Assembly: GCA_015068125.1 (NCBI GenBank)
Contig: SVLD01000002.1
Location: 24,533-88,532, forward strand
DNA from: Oscillospiraceae bacterium
Lineage (GTDB): Bacteria > Bacillota > Clostridia > Oscillospirales > Oscillospiraceae
Reading direction: 5' to 3'
DNA length: 64,000 nt
Positions 40,751 through 49,733 of the stretch are shown here, in pieces; the stretch's first letter is position 1; every line of letters starts with the position of its first letter. The notes beneath the pieces were generated by a model. The model saw only the letters and a list, made by a program, of their open reading frames with translations, did not search any database and was not told the origin of the DNA. Position numbers and translations under genes: made by a program.

Positions 40751-43078
40751 TTATTCTGAGAATTTCAGTTTTTCTCCATCCCAGCGGCATTGGATTTTCC
40801 CGGTTTTTCTGCCGCAACGGAGCAAATATTCCGCCAAGGGCCCCTCCACCGCATCCTGCACCAGCCGCCGCAGGTGCCGGGCGCCATCCTTGGTCTTGCA
40901 CTTTGCCGCCAGGGAATCTGCCACACCCTCCGGAAGCAGCAGCGTGATCCCCTGCTCTCCCAGTCGCCGGCAAAGCTCCTGCAAATATTTCCGGGCGATA
41001 ACCGCCATAGTTTCCTTTCCCAAGGGCGCAAAGGCCACGATCCTGTCCAGTCTGCCCAAGAACTCCGGAGTAAAACTCTGCCGCAGGGCGGTTTCCTGCT
41101 CCCCGGCACGACCCACCGGTTGAAATCCCAGTCCATCGCTCCGCAGTCCGCCGCCCACATTGGAGGTCATGACCACGATGGCGTTTTTGAAGCTGACCCG
41201 ACGGCCGGTGGAGTCCGTCAAATCCCCCTCCTCCATAATTTGCAGCAGAATCCCCGCCACATCCGGGTGGGCTTTTTCCAATTCATCCAGCAGTACCAGA
41301 CAGTAAGGCCGACGGCGAACAGCCTCAGTCAGCTTACCGCCTTCTTCATAGCCTACATAGCCGGGAGGGGCACCAATGAGCCGGGACACAGATTGCTTTT
41401 CCATATACTCTGTCATATCCAGTCGAATCATCGCTTCCCGGCTGCCGTAGATTTCCTCCGCCAGCACCCGGCAAAGCTCCGTTTTGCCCACGCCGGTGGG
41501 GCCGGTAAACATCAGACAGGCCACCGGCCGCCGGGGATCCCGAATGCCGGAAAATCCTCTGCGCACGGCCTCCGCCACCGCTTTTACCGCCTCCGTCTGC
41601 CCTGCTACCTTGGTTGCCAAGATGTCCTCCAGCTGCAAGATCCGCTGGCGCTCATTTTCTGTCAGCCGTCCTACGGGAATCCCCGTCCGGGCGGACACCG
41701 CCCAGGCAATGTCATTGGCGGTTACCGCCTTAGCTCTGGGTCGCTCCCCGGAGCGATTTGACAATTTTTGCATTTTGTCACGAAGCTCCGCCGCCTTTTC
41801 AAACCGACTTTCCCGGACAGCCTCGTGGAGCTCCTGCTCCAAGTCCTGCCGGGCTGCGTTTCCCTTGCCCCGCCGCAGTTCCTCCATACGGGCATGAGAT
41901 GCACCCTCGTCCAGCAGGTCAATGGCCTTATCGGGCAAAAAAAGATCCGGCAGATACCGAACCGACAGCCGCAGGGCTTCCCGCAGGGCATCGTCACCGA
42001 TCTTAATTTGGTGATGGCGTTCCAGTCCCGGACGCAAGCCCCTGAGGATCGCCATCACCGCGTCCTCGGAAGGCTGATCCACCGTCACCGGGCGGAAGCG
42101 GCGTTCCAGCGCCGGGTCTTTTTCGATGAACTTTCGGTATTCCGTCATGGTGGTAGCCCCCAGCATTTGCAGCTCTCCCCTGCCCAATGCCGGTTTCAGG
42201 ATATTGGCCGCATCGATAGCGCCCTCAGCCGCGCCGGCGCCCACGATGGTGTGCATCTCGTCCACAAAAAGGATCACATCCCCGCTGCGGCGGATCTCCG
42301 CCAGAACATCCCGAAGCCGCTCTTCAAATTCACCGCGGTATTTGGTCCCCGCCACCAGATTGGCCATATTCAGGCTTACCAGCCGCTTATCCTTTAACTG
42401 CGGCGGCACATTGCCCATGGCCATTCGCTGGGCAAGTCCCTCAGCAATGGCTGTTTTGCCCACCCCGGGTTCCCCTACCAACGCGGGATTATTCTTATTT
42501 TTTCGACTGAGGATGCCGATGACCATATCGATCTCCCGATCCCGACCGATCACCGGCTCCATAGTCGATGCCTTCAGGATCAGGTCCTCACTGAATTGCT
42601 CCAACAGCTTCGTAGCAACCGCCTCCTTTTTTAGTTTGGGAGATTCCCGAACCTCCCACTGCAAATAATCAATGGTTCGTGTAAAAACTTCATTGGGGTC
42701 TACACCGGCTGTGCGAAGTACCGCCCCTGCACCGGTTTTATCCCGCCGCAGGATGGCAAGCAAAATGTGAACACTGCCTACACTGCCTTGTCCGATCCGC
42801 TTTGCCTCCTGCCCGGCGCTGCGCAGGACTGCCCTGGCCGTCCGGCTCAGTCCTTGGGGCAGCGGCAGCGTTCCTACTCCCATGCCATATAACTGGCATA
42901 GCGTCTCTCTGGCGAAGCTTCCGTCCAACCCGGAAATTTGCAAAAGCTGCCCCGCCCAGCCGGGTTCTGCTGTCATAGCCAGCAAAAGGTGCTGGCTGCC
43001 CACATAGCTGTGCCCCAAGGCCCGGGCGTACCCGGCAGCGGACAGGATCAGCCGGGTGGCTTCCTCCGTATATCGCAC
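40751..43078 (-). CDS. clpC: ATP-dependent Clp protease ATP-binding subunit (ClpC-like)
   Basis: Clp-N repeats, GEPGVGKT, KYRGEFEER, UVR-like FEKAAELRD, GPTGVGKT, GYVGY and LGF loop. GTG start after AAGGAGG. Confidence 0.92.
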   Translation of the reverse strand: MRYTEEATRLILSAAGYARALGHSYVGSQHLLLAMTAEPGWAGQLLQISGLDGSFARETLCQLYGMGVGTLPLPQGLSRTARAVLRSAGQEAKRIGQGSVGSVHILLAILRRDKTGAGAVLRTAGVDPNEVFTRTIDYLQWEVRESPKLKKEAVATKLLEQFSEDLILKASTMEPVIGRDREIDMVIGILSRKNKNNPALVGEPGVGKTAIAEGLAQRMAMGNVPPQLKDKRLVSLNMANLVAGTKYRGEFEERLRDVLAEIRRSGDVILFVDEMHTIVGAGAAEGAIDAANILKPALGRGELQMLGATTMTEYRKFIEKDPALERRFRPVTVDQPSEDAVMAILRGLRPGLERHHQIKIGDDALREALRLSVRYLPDLFLPDKAIDLLDEGASHARMEELRRGKGNAARQDLEQELHEAVRESRFEKAAELRDKMQKLSNRSGERPRAKAVTANDIAWAVSARTGIPVGRLTENERQRILQLEDILATKVAGQTEAVKAVAEAVRRGFSGIRDPRRPVACLMFTGPTGVGKTELCRVLAEEIYGSREAMIRLDMTEYMEKQSVSRLIGAPPGYVGYEEGGKLTEAVRRRPYCLVLLDELEKAHPDVAGILLQIMEEGDLTDSTGRRVSFKNAIVVMTSNVGGGLRSDGLGFQPVGRAGEQETALRQSFTPEFLGRLDRIVAFAPLGKETMAVIARKYLQELCRRLGEQGITLLLPEGVADSLAAKCKTKDGARHLRRLVQDAVEGPLAEYLLRCGRKTGKIQCRWDGEKLKFSE

Positions 43079-43100
43079 GCTTTCCCCTCCTTTATCCTGG

Positions 43101-43130
43101 GAGTTTCGCCAGTGCCGAAAAAAAATATAC
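43101..43130 (-). promoter_or_regulatory. SigF-like promoter of clpC
   Basis: Minus strand GTATA-15-GGCGAAACT, matching GYWTA-N15-GGNRANANT. Confidence 0.55.
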
Positions 43131-43235
43131 GAGAGTTGTAAAAAAAGAATTGCATTTTCGAAAAATGGTGATAGAATGGTCATAAGTCCAGCGCGAACCG
43201 CCGGACCCTCGAAAAACATATTGGAGGAAAGAATT

Positions 43236-43406
43236 ATGGCTTACAACATTACCGATGCTTGCGTAAAGTGCGGCGCTTGCGCTGACAACTGCCCCGTGGA
43301 AGCTATCTCCGAGGGCGAAGACAAGTTCGTCATCGACGCCGATGTTTGCGTCAGCTGCGGCGCTTGCGCTGACAACTGCCCCGTCGAGGCCATTGAGGAA
43401 GGCTAA
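43236..43406 (+). CDS. 2[4Fe-4S] clostridial ferredoxin
   Basis: MAYNITDACVKCGACADNCP...CVSCGACADNCPVEAIEEG, with a strong SD. Confidence 0.95.
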   Translation: MAYNITDACVKCGACADNCPVEAISEGEDKFVIDADVCVSCGACADNCPVEAIEEG

Positions 43407-43479
43407 GACTTCCAAATCTACAGTCAGCCTGCGAAGCTGCCCACGCGGCTGCGCAGGCTGATTTTTTATGGAGTTTACT

Positions 43480-44169
43480 ATGGAACAGCTTGCCAATGGA
43501 TTTACCTTGGATATCCCAGCCGACGTATTCCCCTTAAGCACCGATTCCATACTGCTGGCGGATTTTGTCCGACTGCCCAAAAATGCCAAGGTGCTGGATT
43601 TGGGTTCCGGGTGCGGTACGCTGGGTCTGCTGCTGTGCGCAAAAGATCCGAGCTGCCGGGTTACCGGCATTGAGATTACAGACTGCGCCCACAGGGCGGC
43701 AGAAGAAAACATCTCTGCCAACAATCTGGGGCCGCGCATGGCAAGTATATGCGGCGATTTCCGTCAGGTTACCACCAGCTTACCGGCAGGCAGCTTCCAT
43801 GTATGTGTTTCCAATCCTCCCTATTTTTCCGGAGGGCCTGCCAGCCAAAACCACCCAACCGCCCGGCGCAACGACTGCTGCTCCACCCAGGAGCTTTTCG
43901 TCTCAGCGGCGCGGACTCTGCGGTATGGCGGCGACTTTTTCCTTGTGCACAAGCCGGAGTATCTGGCGCAGCTCTGCGCCTGCGGGTCTAACGCCGGTCT
44001 GGAGCCAAAGGTACTGTGTCTGGTTCGGCACAAGCCGGAATCTGACTGCAATCTGCTGCTTTTGCAATGCCGCAAAGGCGGCAAGCCGGGGCTGAAAATG
44101 CAAGAGTTAACACTGTTCCGCTCCGACGGCAGTCCCACGGACTACTACAAGAAACTTTACCGTTTATAG
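43480..44169 (+). CDS. tRNA1(Val) m6A37 methyltransferase-like (YabB)
   Basis: STDSILLADF, LDLGSGCG and SNPPYF. Upstream of rsmI. Confidence 0.85.
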   Translation: MEQLANGFTLDIPADVFPLSTDSILLADFVRLPKNAKVLDLGSGCGTLGLLLCAKDPSCRVTGIEITDCAHRAAEENISANNLGPRMASICGDFRQVTTSLPAGSFHVCVSNPPYFSGGPASQNHPTARRNDCCSTQELFVSAARTLRYGGDFFLVHKPEYLAQLCACGSNAGLEPKVLCLVRHKPESDCNLLLLQCRKGGKPGLKMQELTLFRSDGSPTDYYKKLYRL

Positions 44170-44179
44170 GAGGCTAATC

Positions 44180-45019
44180 ATGGCCGGTATGTTATATCTG
44201 GTGCCCACCCCCATCGGTAACCTGGGCGATATTTCCATCCGCTGTCGGCAGACATTGGAGGAAGCGGACTTCATCGCTGCGGAAGATACCCGGGTGACTT
44301 TGAAGCTACTGAACCATCTGGGCATCAAAAAAAGCCTTGTCAGCTACTACGAGCATAACAAGGCTGCTAAGGGCAATGTGATTTTAGACCGGATCCTGGC
44401 AGGCGAAACCTGCGCATTGGTATCCGACGCCGGCAGTCCGGCGATTTCCGATCCCGGTGAGGATTTGGTAAAGCAGTGCGCCGAAGCCGGTGTTACGGTT
44501 TGCGCTATCCCCGGCCCCTGTGCGGTAATCACCGCCCTGAGTATCTCCGGGCAAAGCACCGGTCGGTTCTGCTTCGAGGGATTTCTCTCCACCGCCAAGA
44601 AAAGCCGCCGGGAGCATCTGCAGATGTTGAAAAACGAGGAGCGCACCATGATCTTCTATGAAGCGCCCCACAAGCTGCTGTCCACCCTGGAGGATATGAC
44701 AGAAGTCTTTGGTCCGGATCGTCCTATCAGCCTTTGCCGAGAGCTGACCAAGCTTCACGAAGAAGTGGTTCGCACCACATTGGGAAAGGCTGTGGAGAAA
44801 TACACTGCTGCGCCTCCCAAGGGAGAATTCGTCCTGGTTATCGCCGGGGCACAGCCGGTGATTCCGGAAGTGGCCACCGCGGAAGATGCCGGTGCCCATG
44901 TAGCAGCATTGATGGCCGGCGGTATGAGCCGCAAGGATGCTATCCGCCAGACCGTTACTGATCTGCAGCTTCCGAAGAATGTGGTATACGAGGCTGCTCT
45001 GGCCATTGAAACCGAATAA
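44180..45019 (+). CDS. rsmI: 16S rRNA Cm1402 methyltransferase
   Basis: TPIGNLGD, AEDTR, SDAG.P.ISDPG and RELTKLHEE. Confidence 0.97.
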   Translation: MAGMLYLVPTPIGNLGDISIRCRQTLEEADFIAAEDTRVTLKLLNHLGIKKSLVSYYEHNKAAKGNVILDRILAGETCALVSDAGSPAISDPGEDLVKQCAEAGVTVCAIPGPCAVITALSISGQSTGRFCFEGFLSTAKKSRREHLQMLKNEERTMIFYEAPHKLLSTLEDMTEVFGPDRPISLCRELTKLHEEVVRTTLGKAVEKYTAAPPKGEFVLVIAGAQPVIPEVATAEDAGAHVAALMAGGMSRKDAIRQTVTDLQLPKNVVYEAALAIETE

Positions 45020-45020
45020 A

Positions 45021-45065
45021 GATAAACGAACCCTGTTTCCGTGAAACAGGGTTCGTTTCTTTATC
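45021..45065. terminator. Bidirectional terminator
   Basis: AAACGAACCCTGTTTC-CGT-GAAACAGGGTTCGTTT. Confidence 0.8.
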
Positions 45066-45067
45066 CA

Positions 45068-45310
45068 TTAAAATTGACCGATCTTGCGGACACAGTCCAC
45101 ACAGACATTCTTGCCCTCATAAGAGATCAGGCTTCTGACAGATGCGCAGAACACACAGGAGGGTTGGAACTTCTGTAGGATGATCTGATCGCCATCCATA
45201 AAAATCTCCAATTCATCGCGTTCAGCGATGTCCAGCGTGCGTCTGATTTCGATCGGCAGAACAATTCTGCCCAGCTCGTCAACCTTACGAATGATGCCAG
45301 TTGCTTTCAT
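45068..45310 (-). CDS. abrB: AbrB family transition-state regulator
   Basis: MKATGIIRKVDELGRIVLPIEIRRTL with a C-terminal CxxC...CxxC. A TTGACA-17-TATACT promoter lies at 45372-45400. Confidence 0.92.
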   Translation of the reverse strand: MKATGIIRKVDELGRIVLPIEIRRTLDIAERDELEIFMDGDQIILQKFQPSCVFCASVRSLISYEGKNVCVDCVRKIGQF

Positions 45311-45445
45311 TAGCCTTACATTCCTTTCTGCATTTGCCGCCTGTTCGATTGAGATTTTTCATAACATCATCAGTATAACGATTCCTCTTGCATATGTCAA
45401 TCCCATTTTATCGATATAAACAGATTTTTGTCGATAATGTGCAGA

Positions 45446-45472
45446 CATAACCCAAAATTCAGCGCATATTGT
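45446..45472 (+). promoter_or_regulatory. SigE-like promoter of spmAB
   Basis: cATA-15-CATATTGT. spmAB is SigE-controlled in B. subtilis. Confidence 0.55.
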
Positions 45473-45492
45473 GCAATATGGAGGGAATGGAC

Positions 45493-46074
45493 ATGGTTAT
45501 GAGTTGGATTTGGACCGGAATTTTGGGCATTTCGCTGATGTTCGCTGTTTTTCTTGGCCGTGGTGACGCCTTGGTCAGCGCCATTATGACCGGCTCCCAG
45601 GCCGGCGTTACCCTGGCCATCTCCATGGCCGGCGCCATTTGCCTGTGGACCGGGGTGGGAAAATTGATGGAACACGCAGGCATCACCGGTAGGCTTGCAA
45701 AGCTGCTGAAGCCGGTCTTACATCGGCTTTTTCCCGGAACGAAGCGCGACCCCCTGCTGGCATCCAGCCTCAGCGCCAATATTTGCGCCAATCTACTGGG
45801 ACTGGGTAATGCCGCGACTCCTATGGGCATCCAGGCGGCGCAACGGATGAAAGATTTCGCCAGACCCGGCATCGCCACGGATCAGATGTGCCGGCTCATC
45901 ATTTTGAACACGGCATCCATTCAGTTAATTCCCAGTAATGTGGCGGCTGTGCGGTCAAGCCTGGGCTGCATCACCCCATTTGATATTCTGCCGGCCGTCT
46001 GGATCACCAGCGCCTGCAGCGCCGGGTTGGGGCTGCTGGCGGCGTATCTTTTGGGAAGGCTGTGGAAAGCATGA
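45493..46074 (+). CDS. spmA: Spore maturation protein A
   Basis: ANLLGLGNAATPMGI...NTASIQLIP. Confidence 0.95.
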   Translation: MVMSWIWTGILGISLMFAVFLGRGDALVSAIMTGSQAGVTLAISMAGAICLWTGVGKLMEHAGITGRLAKLLKPVLHRLFPGTKRDPLLASSLSANICANLLGLGNAATPMGIQAAQRMKDFARPGIATDQMCRLIILNTASIQLIPSNVAAVRSSLGCITPFDILPAVWITSACSAGLGLLAAYLLGRLWKA

Positions 46075-46580
46075 TCGATTACATTGTCCCCATTTTGATC
46101 CTGCTGGCGGCGTTACTGGCGCTTCGAAGGAAAGAAAACGCCTACAATCTCCTGCTGGACGGCGCTGCGGAGGGACTTAGATTATTGACATCCATTCTGC
46201 CGGCGCTGATTTTACTGCTGACAGCGGTGCATATGCTCCGGGCATCAGGGGCTATGGAGCAGATCAGTACGTTTCTGGCGCCGGCTTTTCGGTTTTTCGA
46301 CATTCCGCCGGAAACCGCCATGCTGGTTCTGGTGCGGCCCATCAGCGGCAGCGCAGCACTGGCTGTGGGTGCGGATCTGATGAAGGAATACGGCGTAAAC
46401 TCCCCTGTGGGCAGAACCGCCGCCATTATGCTGGGCTCCACGGAAACTACATTCTACACCATCAGCGTTTATTTCGGCGCCGCCGGCATTCGCAACACCC
46501 GGTACACCATCCCCGCCGCATTGATTGCAGACTTGACGGGATTTGTCGTGGCAAGCCTTACCGCCCGTTGGTTCTATTGA
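46071..46580 (+). CDS. spmB: Spore maturation protein B
   Basis: RPISGS...GSTETTFYTISVYFG. Confidence 0.95.
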   Translation: MIDYIVPILILLAALLALRRKENAYNLLLDGAAEGLRLLTSILPALILLLTAVHMLRASGAMEQISTFLAPAFRFFDIPPETAMLVLVRPISGSAALAVGADLMKEYGVNSPVGRTAAIMLGSTETTFYTISVYFGAAGIRNTRYTIPAALIADLTGFVVASLTARWFY

Positions 46581-46584
46581 TAAT

Positions 46585-46612
46585 TATCAGCAGTTTGCAC
46601 AAACTGCTGATA
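46585..46612 (+). terminator. Terminator after spmB
   Basis: TATCAGCAGTTTG-CA-CAAACTGCTGATA followed by a T run. Confidence 0.8.
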
Positions 46613-46627
46613 TTTTTTATCCGGGTT

Positions 46628-46674
46628 GTTGACATTGTAAACAGTTCATGCTATAATGTGTTTACAAAGTAAAC
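46628..46674 (+). promoter_or_regulatory. SigA promoter with two BlaI-type operators
   Basis: TTGACA-17-TATAAT. Palindromes GTTGACA-T-TGTAAAC (46628-46642) and GTTTACA-A-AGTAAAC (46660-46674). Confidence 0.75.
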
Positions 46675-46691
46675 AAGGAGGTGTAATCCCC

Positions 46692-47075
46692 ATGAATCAC
46701 GACAAGCAAACTTTGACTGCCGCGGAATGGAATGTGATGGAATGCCTTTGGGGCCACGGCTCCTGCACCGGCCGGGAGGCTGTGAACCACCTGTCCGAGA
46801 GCGCCGGCTGGTCCCGCTCTACCACGCTGACCATGCTTCGACGTATGCACGAAAAGGGGGTTATTTCCTGCCAGGAGCAGGACGGAATCAACACCTACCA
46901 TCCCCTGATTGCCCGGGAGGAAGCCACACTCCAGGAAACCACCAATTTCCTGAACCGCATCTATCAGGGCAGCGTCAGCATGATGCTCAGCGCGTTCACG
47001 AAAAAGCATCCCCTCTCCCAGGAGGAGATCGACGAATTGATGGCTATTTTGAAGGAGGCGAAACAGAATGATTAA
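46692..47075 (+). CDS. BlaI/MecI/CopY family repressor
   Basis: LTAAEWNVMECLW...WSRSTTLTMLRRM..KG...FLNRIYQGS. Confidence 0.92.
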   Translation: MNHDKQTLTAAEWNVMECLWGHGSCTGREAVNHLSESAGWSRSTTLTMLRRMHEKGVISCQEQDGINTYHPLIAREEATLQETTNFLNRIYQGSVSMMLSAFTKKHPLSQEEIDELMAILKEAKQND

Positions 47076-49119
47076 ATGGATTCTATCCTCCAGTGTTTTG
47101 ATCGGCGCGGTGATCGGTCTTCGGTATTTATTCCGGGGCAAGATCTCCGCCAAGCTCCAGTACGCTCTGTGGGCGCTGGTACTTGTCCGGCTTTTGATGC
47201 CTGCAGGTATATTCGGATCAATTTTCAGCGTAGAAAATATCGTTGACCTTTTCCAATCTCAGCCGGCGGTACAGGAAGTGATTACGGACATTCAATCTCC
47301 CGGCATGAACTATGACGATGCTTTTAAACAGGCAAAAAAAGACATTCTGCCGGATAGCAAACAAAGCGTGTCTGCCGCTCAGCTCACTCCGGATGCCGCT
47401 GTCAAAGTATATAATCGGACTTCTCAGCTTCTGCAGCTGTCCACTCCCAGTTTTTGGGTGCAATCCATTTTGTTGGGCATCTGGTACATCGGTATTGCCG
47501 TAGTTGCGATCTGTTTCCTTGTGTCCAACATCAAATTTTCCAGAAAGCTGCGCCGCCAGCGTCAATTGCTGAAGGACGAAAAGGTACGCGTCTACACCTG
47601 CGAGGGGTTGAATACCCCCTGTCTATTCGGTATCTTCCGCCCAGCTATCTATCTGACCCCGGAGGATGCGGAAGATGAACAGCGAAGCGAGCACATCCTG
47701 GCCCACGAACGCACTCACCTGCGGCACTGGGATCACATCTGGTCACTGCTTCGGTGCGTATGCCTGGCACTGCACTGGTACAATCCCTTGGTTTGGATCG
47801 CCGCCATTCTCTCCCGCCGGGACAGTGAGCTGGCCTGCGACGAAGCCACTGTAAAACACCTGGGCGAGAATCAGCGCATCCCTTATGGAGAGACGCTGGT
47901 ACAAACCACCTGCGCCGCCAAGTCCACCACGGGGCTTTTGGGCATCGCCACCACCATGACCGGCAGTACGAAAGCCATCAAAGAGCGCGTCATCATGATC
48001 GCCAAGAAAAAGAAATTCAGCATTTTGGTGCTGACCTCTGTGATTTTGGTAGGCGCTATCAGCATTGGCTGCACCTGGTTTGGCGGAAACCCCGACGAGG
48101 AGATGGTGACGGTTTATCTTAAGAACCAGCAGGTTCTAGTCAGCTATTCCGGAAACAATACCAATACGACCACCTATCACTACGACAATAATTACAACCT
48201 AACTTCCCAATCCCCAGCAGCAGAACACCCTTATTATTATGAATACGATGAACACAATCGTATTATCAACAAGAAAGACAGTGACCCCTTCGGCAAATAC
48301 TATGCCCAATACACCTATAATGATCAAGGTCAGATCGTATACTGTGTGTCCTCTTCCGGAAGATTCAGCTACGAATATGACGCACACGGCAGGCTCATCT
48401 CTTCTACCCGCCACAATCTAAGCACCGGCATCCAAATTGATTACGCCTATGATTCCAACGGCGTTCTGCGTTCTTCACAGGAAGTGCACTCTGATGGTTA
48501 CAAAGTCTACAAAACATATGACGCCCAGGGCAATCTCACCTGCTTAAAACGCTGTCAAGGTGACAAAGTTCGATCGCAGGAGGATTACGTTTACAATCGT
48601 TTCGGCAAGCTGAAATCCATCACAAAAACTGATGACGGTGTTGTTGTTCAGCGATATACCTTTACCTACGATCTTGCCGGCCGTTTAATCAAGCTTGTTG
48701 AAGAATTAGATACTTCCATCAAGGCTGCCATGGGTATAGAGCATGAAGTTATCCTCACCGCACGTACCTACACATACCGCTATGACCTGAGCGGTAACTT
48801 GCTGGAAGAAAGCTGCGATATGGGATCCTACAAAACAAGCACCGCCTACACATACGATTTCTTTGACCGCCTCGTATCAAAATCCACGGACGTCGGGGAC
48901 GAATTTGTATACACTTACGACGGCAACGGCAACATTTTAACCCAAAGCCGCTATCGCAATGGCGAGCTGCGTTCTGTCGTAACCTACACCTATATTGCTG
49001 TCCAGGTCACAAGAAAGGATGCTGAGCGCCTGTTGGCGCAACAAGAGAAAATAAGCAGTACACTTGTGCGAGATATGGCTTCGCTTCTTACGCCCGACCC
49101 AGAAACATTTTACCCCTAA
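47068..49119 (+). CDS. M56 (BlaR1-like) membrane metallopeptidase with C-terminal YD-repeat domain
   Basis: YALWALVLVRLL, TPCLFGIFRPAIY, HERTH (HExxH), HWYNPLVW, ELACDE, a TM helix, then YD..G.L repeats. Confidence 0.9.
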   Translation: MIKWILSSSVLIGAVIGLRYLFRGKISAKLQYALWALVLVRLLMPAGIFGSIFSVENIVDLFQSQPAVQEVITDIQSPGMNYDDAFKQAKKDILPDSKQSVSAAQLTPDAAVKVYNRTSQLLQLSTPSFWVQSILLGIWYIGIAVVAICFLVSNIKFSRKLRRQRQLLKDEKVRVYTCEGLNTPCLFGIFRPAIYLTPEDAEDEQRSEHILAHERTHLRHWDHIWSLLRCVCLALHWYNPLVWIAAILSRRDSELACDEATVKHLGENQRIPYGETLVQTTCAAKSTTGLLGIATTMTGSTKAIKERVIMIAKKKKFSILVLTSVILVGAISIGCTWFGGNPDEEMVTVYLKNQQVLVSYSGNNTNTTTYHYDNNYNLTSQSPAAEHPYYYEYDEHNRIINKKDSDPFGKYYAQYTYNDQGQIVYCVSSSGRFSYEYDAHGRLISSTRHNLSTGIQIDYAYDSNGVLRSSQEVHSDGYKVYKTYDAQGNLTCLKRCQGDKVRSQEDYVYNRFGKLKSITKTDDGVVVQRYTFTYDLAGRLIKLVEELDTSIKAAMGIEHEVILTARTYTYRYDLSGNLLEESCDMGSYKTSTAYTYDFFDRLVSKSTDVGDEFVYTYDGNGNILTQSRYRNGELRSVVTYTYIAVQVTRKDAERLLAQQEKISSTLVRDMASLLTPDPETFYP

Positions 49120-49125
49120 TATGCA

Positions 49126-49159
49126 GGAACAGGGTGCGTTGCAAAACGCACCCTGTTTC
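49126..49159. terminator. Bidirectional terminator
   Basis: GGAACAGGGTGCGTT-loop-AACGCACCCTGTTTC. Confidence 0.75.
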
Positions 49160-49170
49160 TTATTTGAGTT

Positions 49171-49668
49171 TTAGTCCTCGTCGTCTTCGTCCAGCTCTTC
49201 GTCGTCGTAGCTGAACTCCAGCGTCTCGCCGCAGTTATCACAGATAATGCTGCCGGCTTCCAGAACCTCTTCGTCGAAATCGATGATGTTGCCGCAGGCA
49301 CACTTCACTTCGTAGATCATGGAGTCCTCGTCGCCGAAGTCAAAGCCTTCGTCGTCATAGTCATCCTCGTCATCATCGTCGTAGTCGTAGTCATCATCGT
49401 CGTAGTCGTAGTCATCATCGTCGTAATCATCGTAATCGTCATCGTCCTCATCCATGATGAAGTCCTCGATGGCGTCCAGATCCTCTTCGATCTCGTCCAG
49501 CTCGTCGGAAATGGCGATGGTGGTGTCCTCAATGTCGGTAACCTTCTTTGTCAGGTCGCCCAGCAGATCCACGATAGCAGCGATCATCTTGCCCTCGGCA
49601 GCCTCAGTGTCCAGGTTCAGGCCATCCATCAGGCCCTTGAGGTATGCGGACTTTTCAGAAATCGTCAT
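49171..49668 (-). CDS. Conserved acidic protein (CD1247-like) with C-terminal Cys cluster
   Basis: EKSAYLKGLMDG, Asp-rich linker and CAC...CDNC. Follows efp, as is usual in Clostridia. Confidence 0.8.
   Translation of the reverse strand: MTISEKSAYLKGLMDGLNLDTEAAEGKMIAAIVDLLGDLTKKVTDIEDTTIAISDELDEIEEDLDAIEDFIMDEDDDDYDDYDDDDYDYDDDDYDYDDDDEDDYDDEGFDFGDEDSMIYEVKCACGNIIDFDEEVLEAGSIICDNCGETLEFSYDDEELDEDDED
49369..49425. repeat. In-frame 21-bp tandem repeat (2.7 copies)
   Basis: GTCATCATCGTCGTAGTCGTA units encoding YDYDDDD. Confidence 0.85.
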
Positions 49669-49695
49669 AGCAGATTACTCCTTTCGTTTTGAAAA

Positions 49696-49720
49696 GAGGG
49701 ACGATGGAACATCGTCCCTC
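49696..49720 (-). terminator. Terminator-like hairpin after efp
   Basis: GAGGGACGATG-GAA-CATCGTCCCTC with a T run on the minus strand. Confidence 0.7.
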
Positions 49721-49733
49721 ACAGGGTGTTCAA

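Noticed and set aside
48150-49119. Rhs polymorphic toxin
   Set aside because: It has too few repeats for a full shell, no DPxG cleavage motif, no toxin tip and no immunity gene, and it is fused to a membrane M56 protease.
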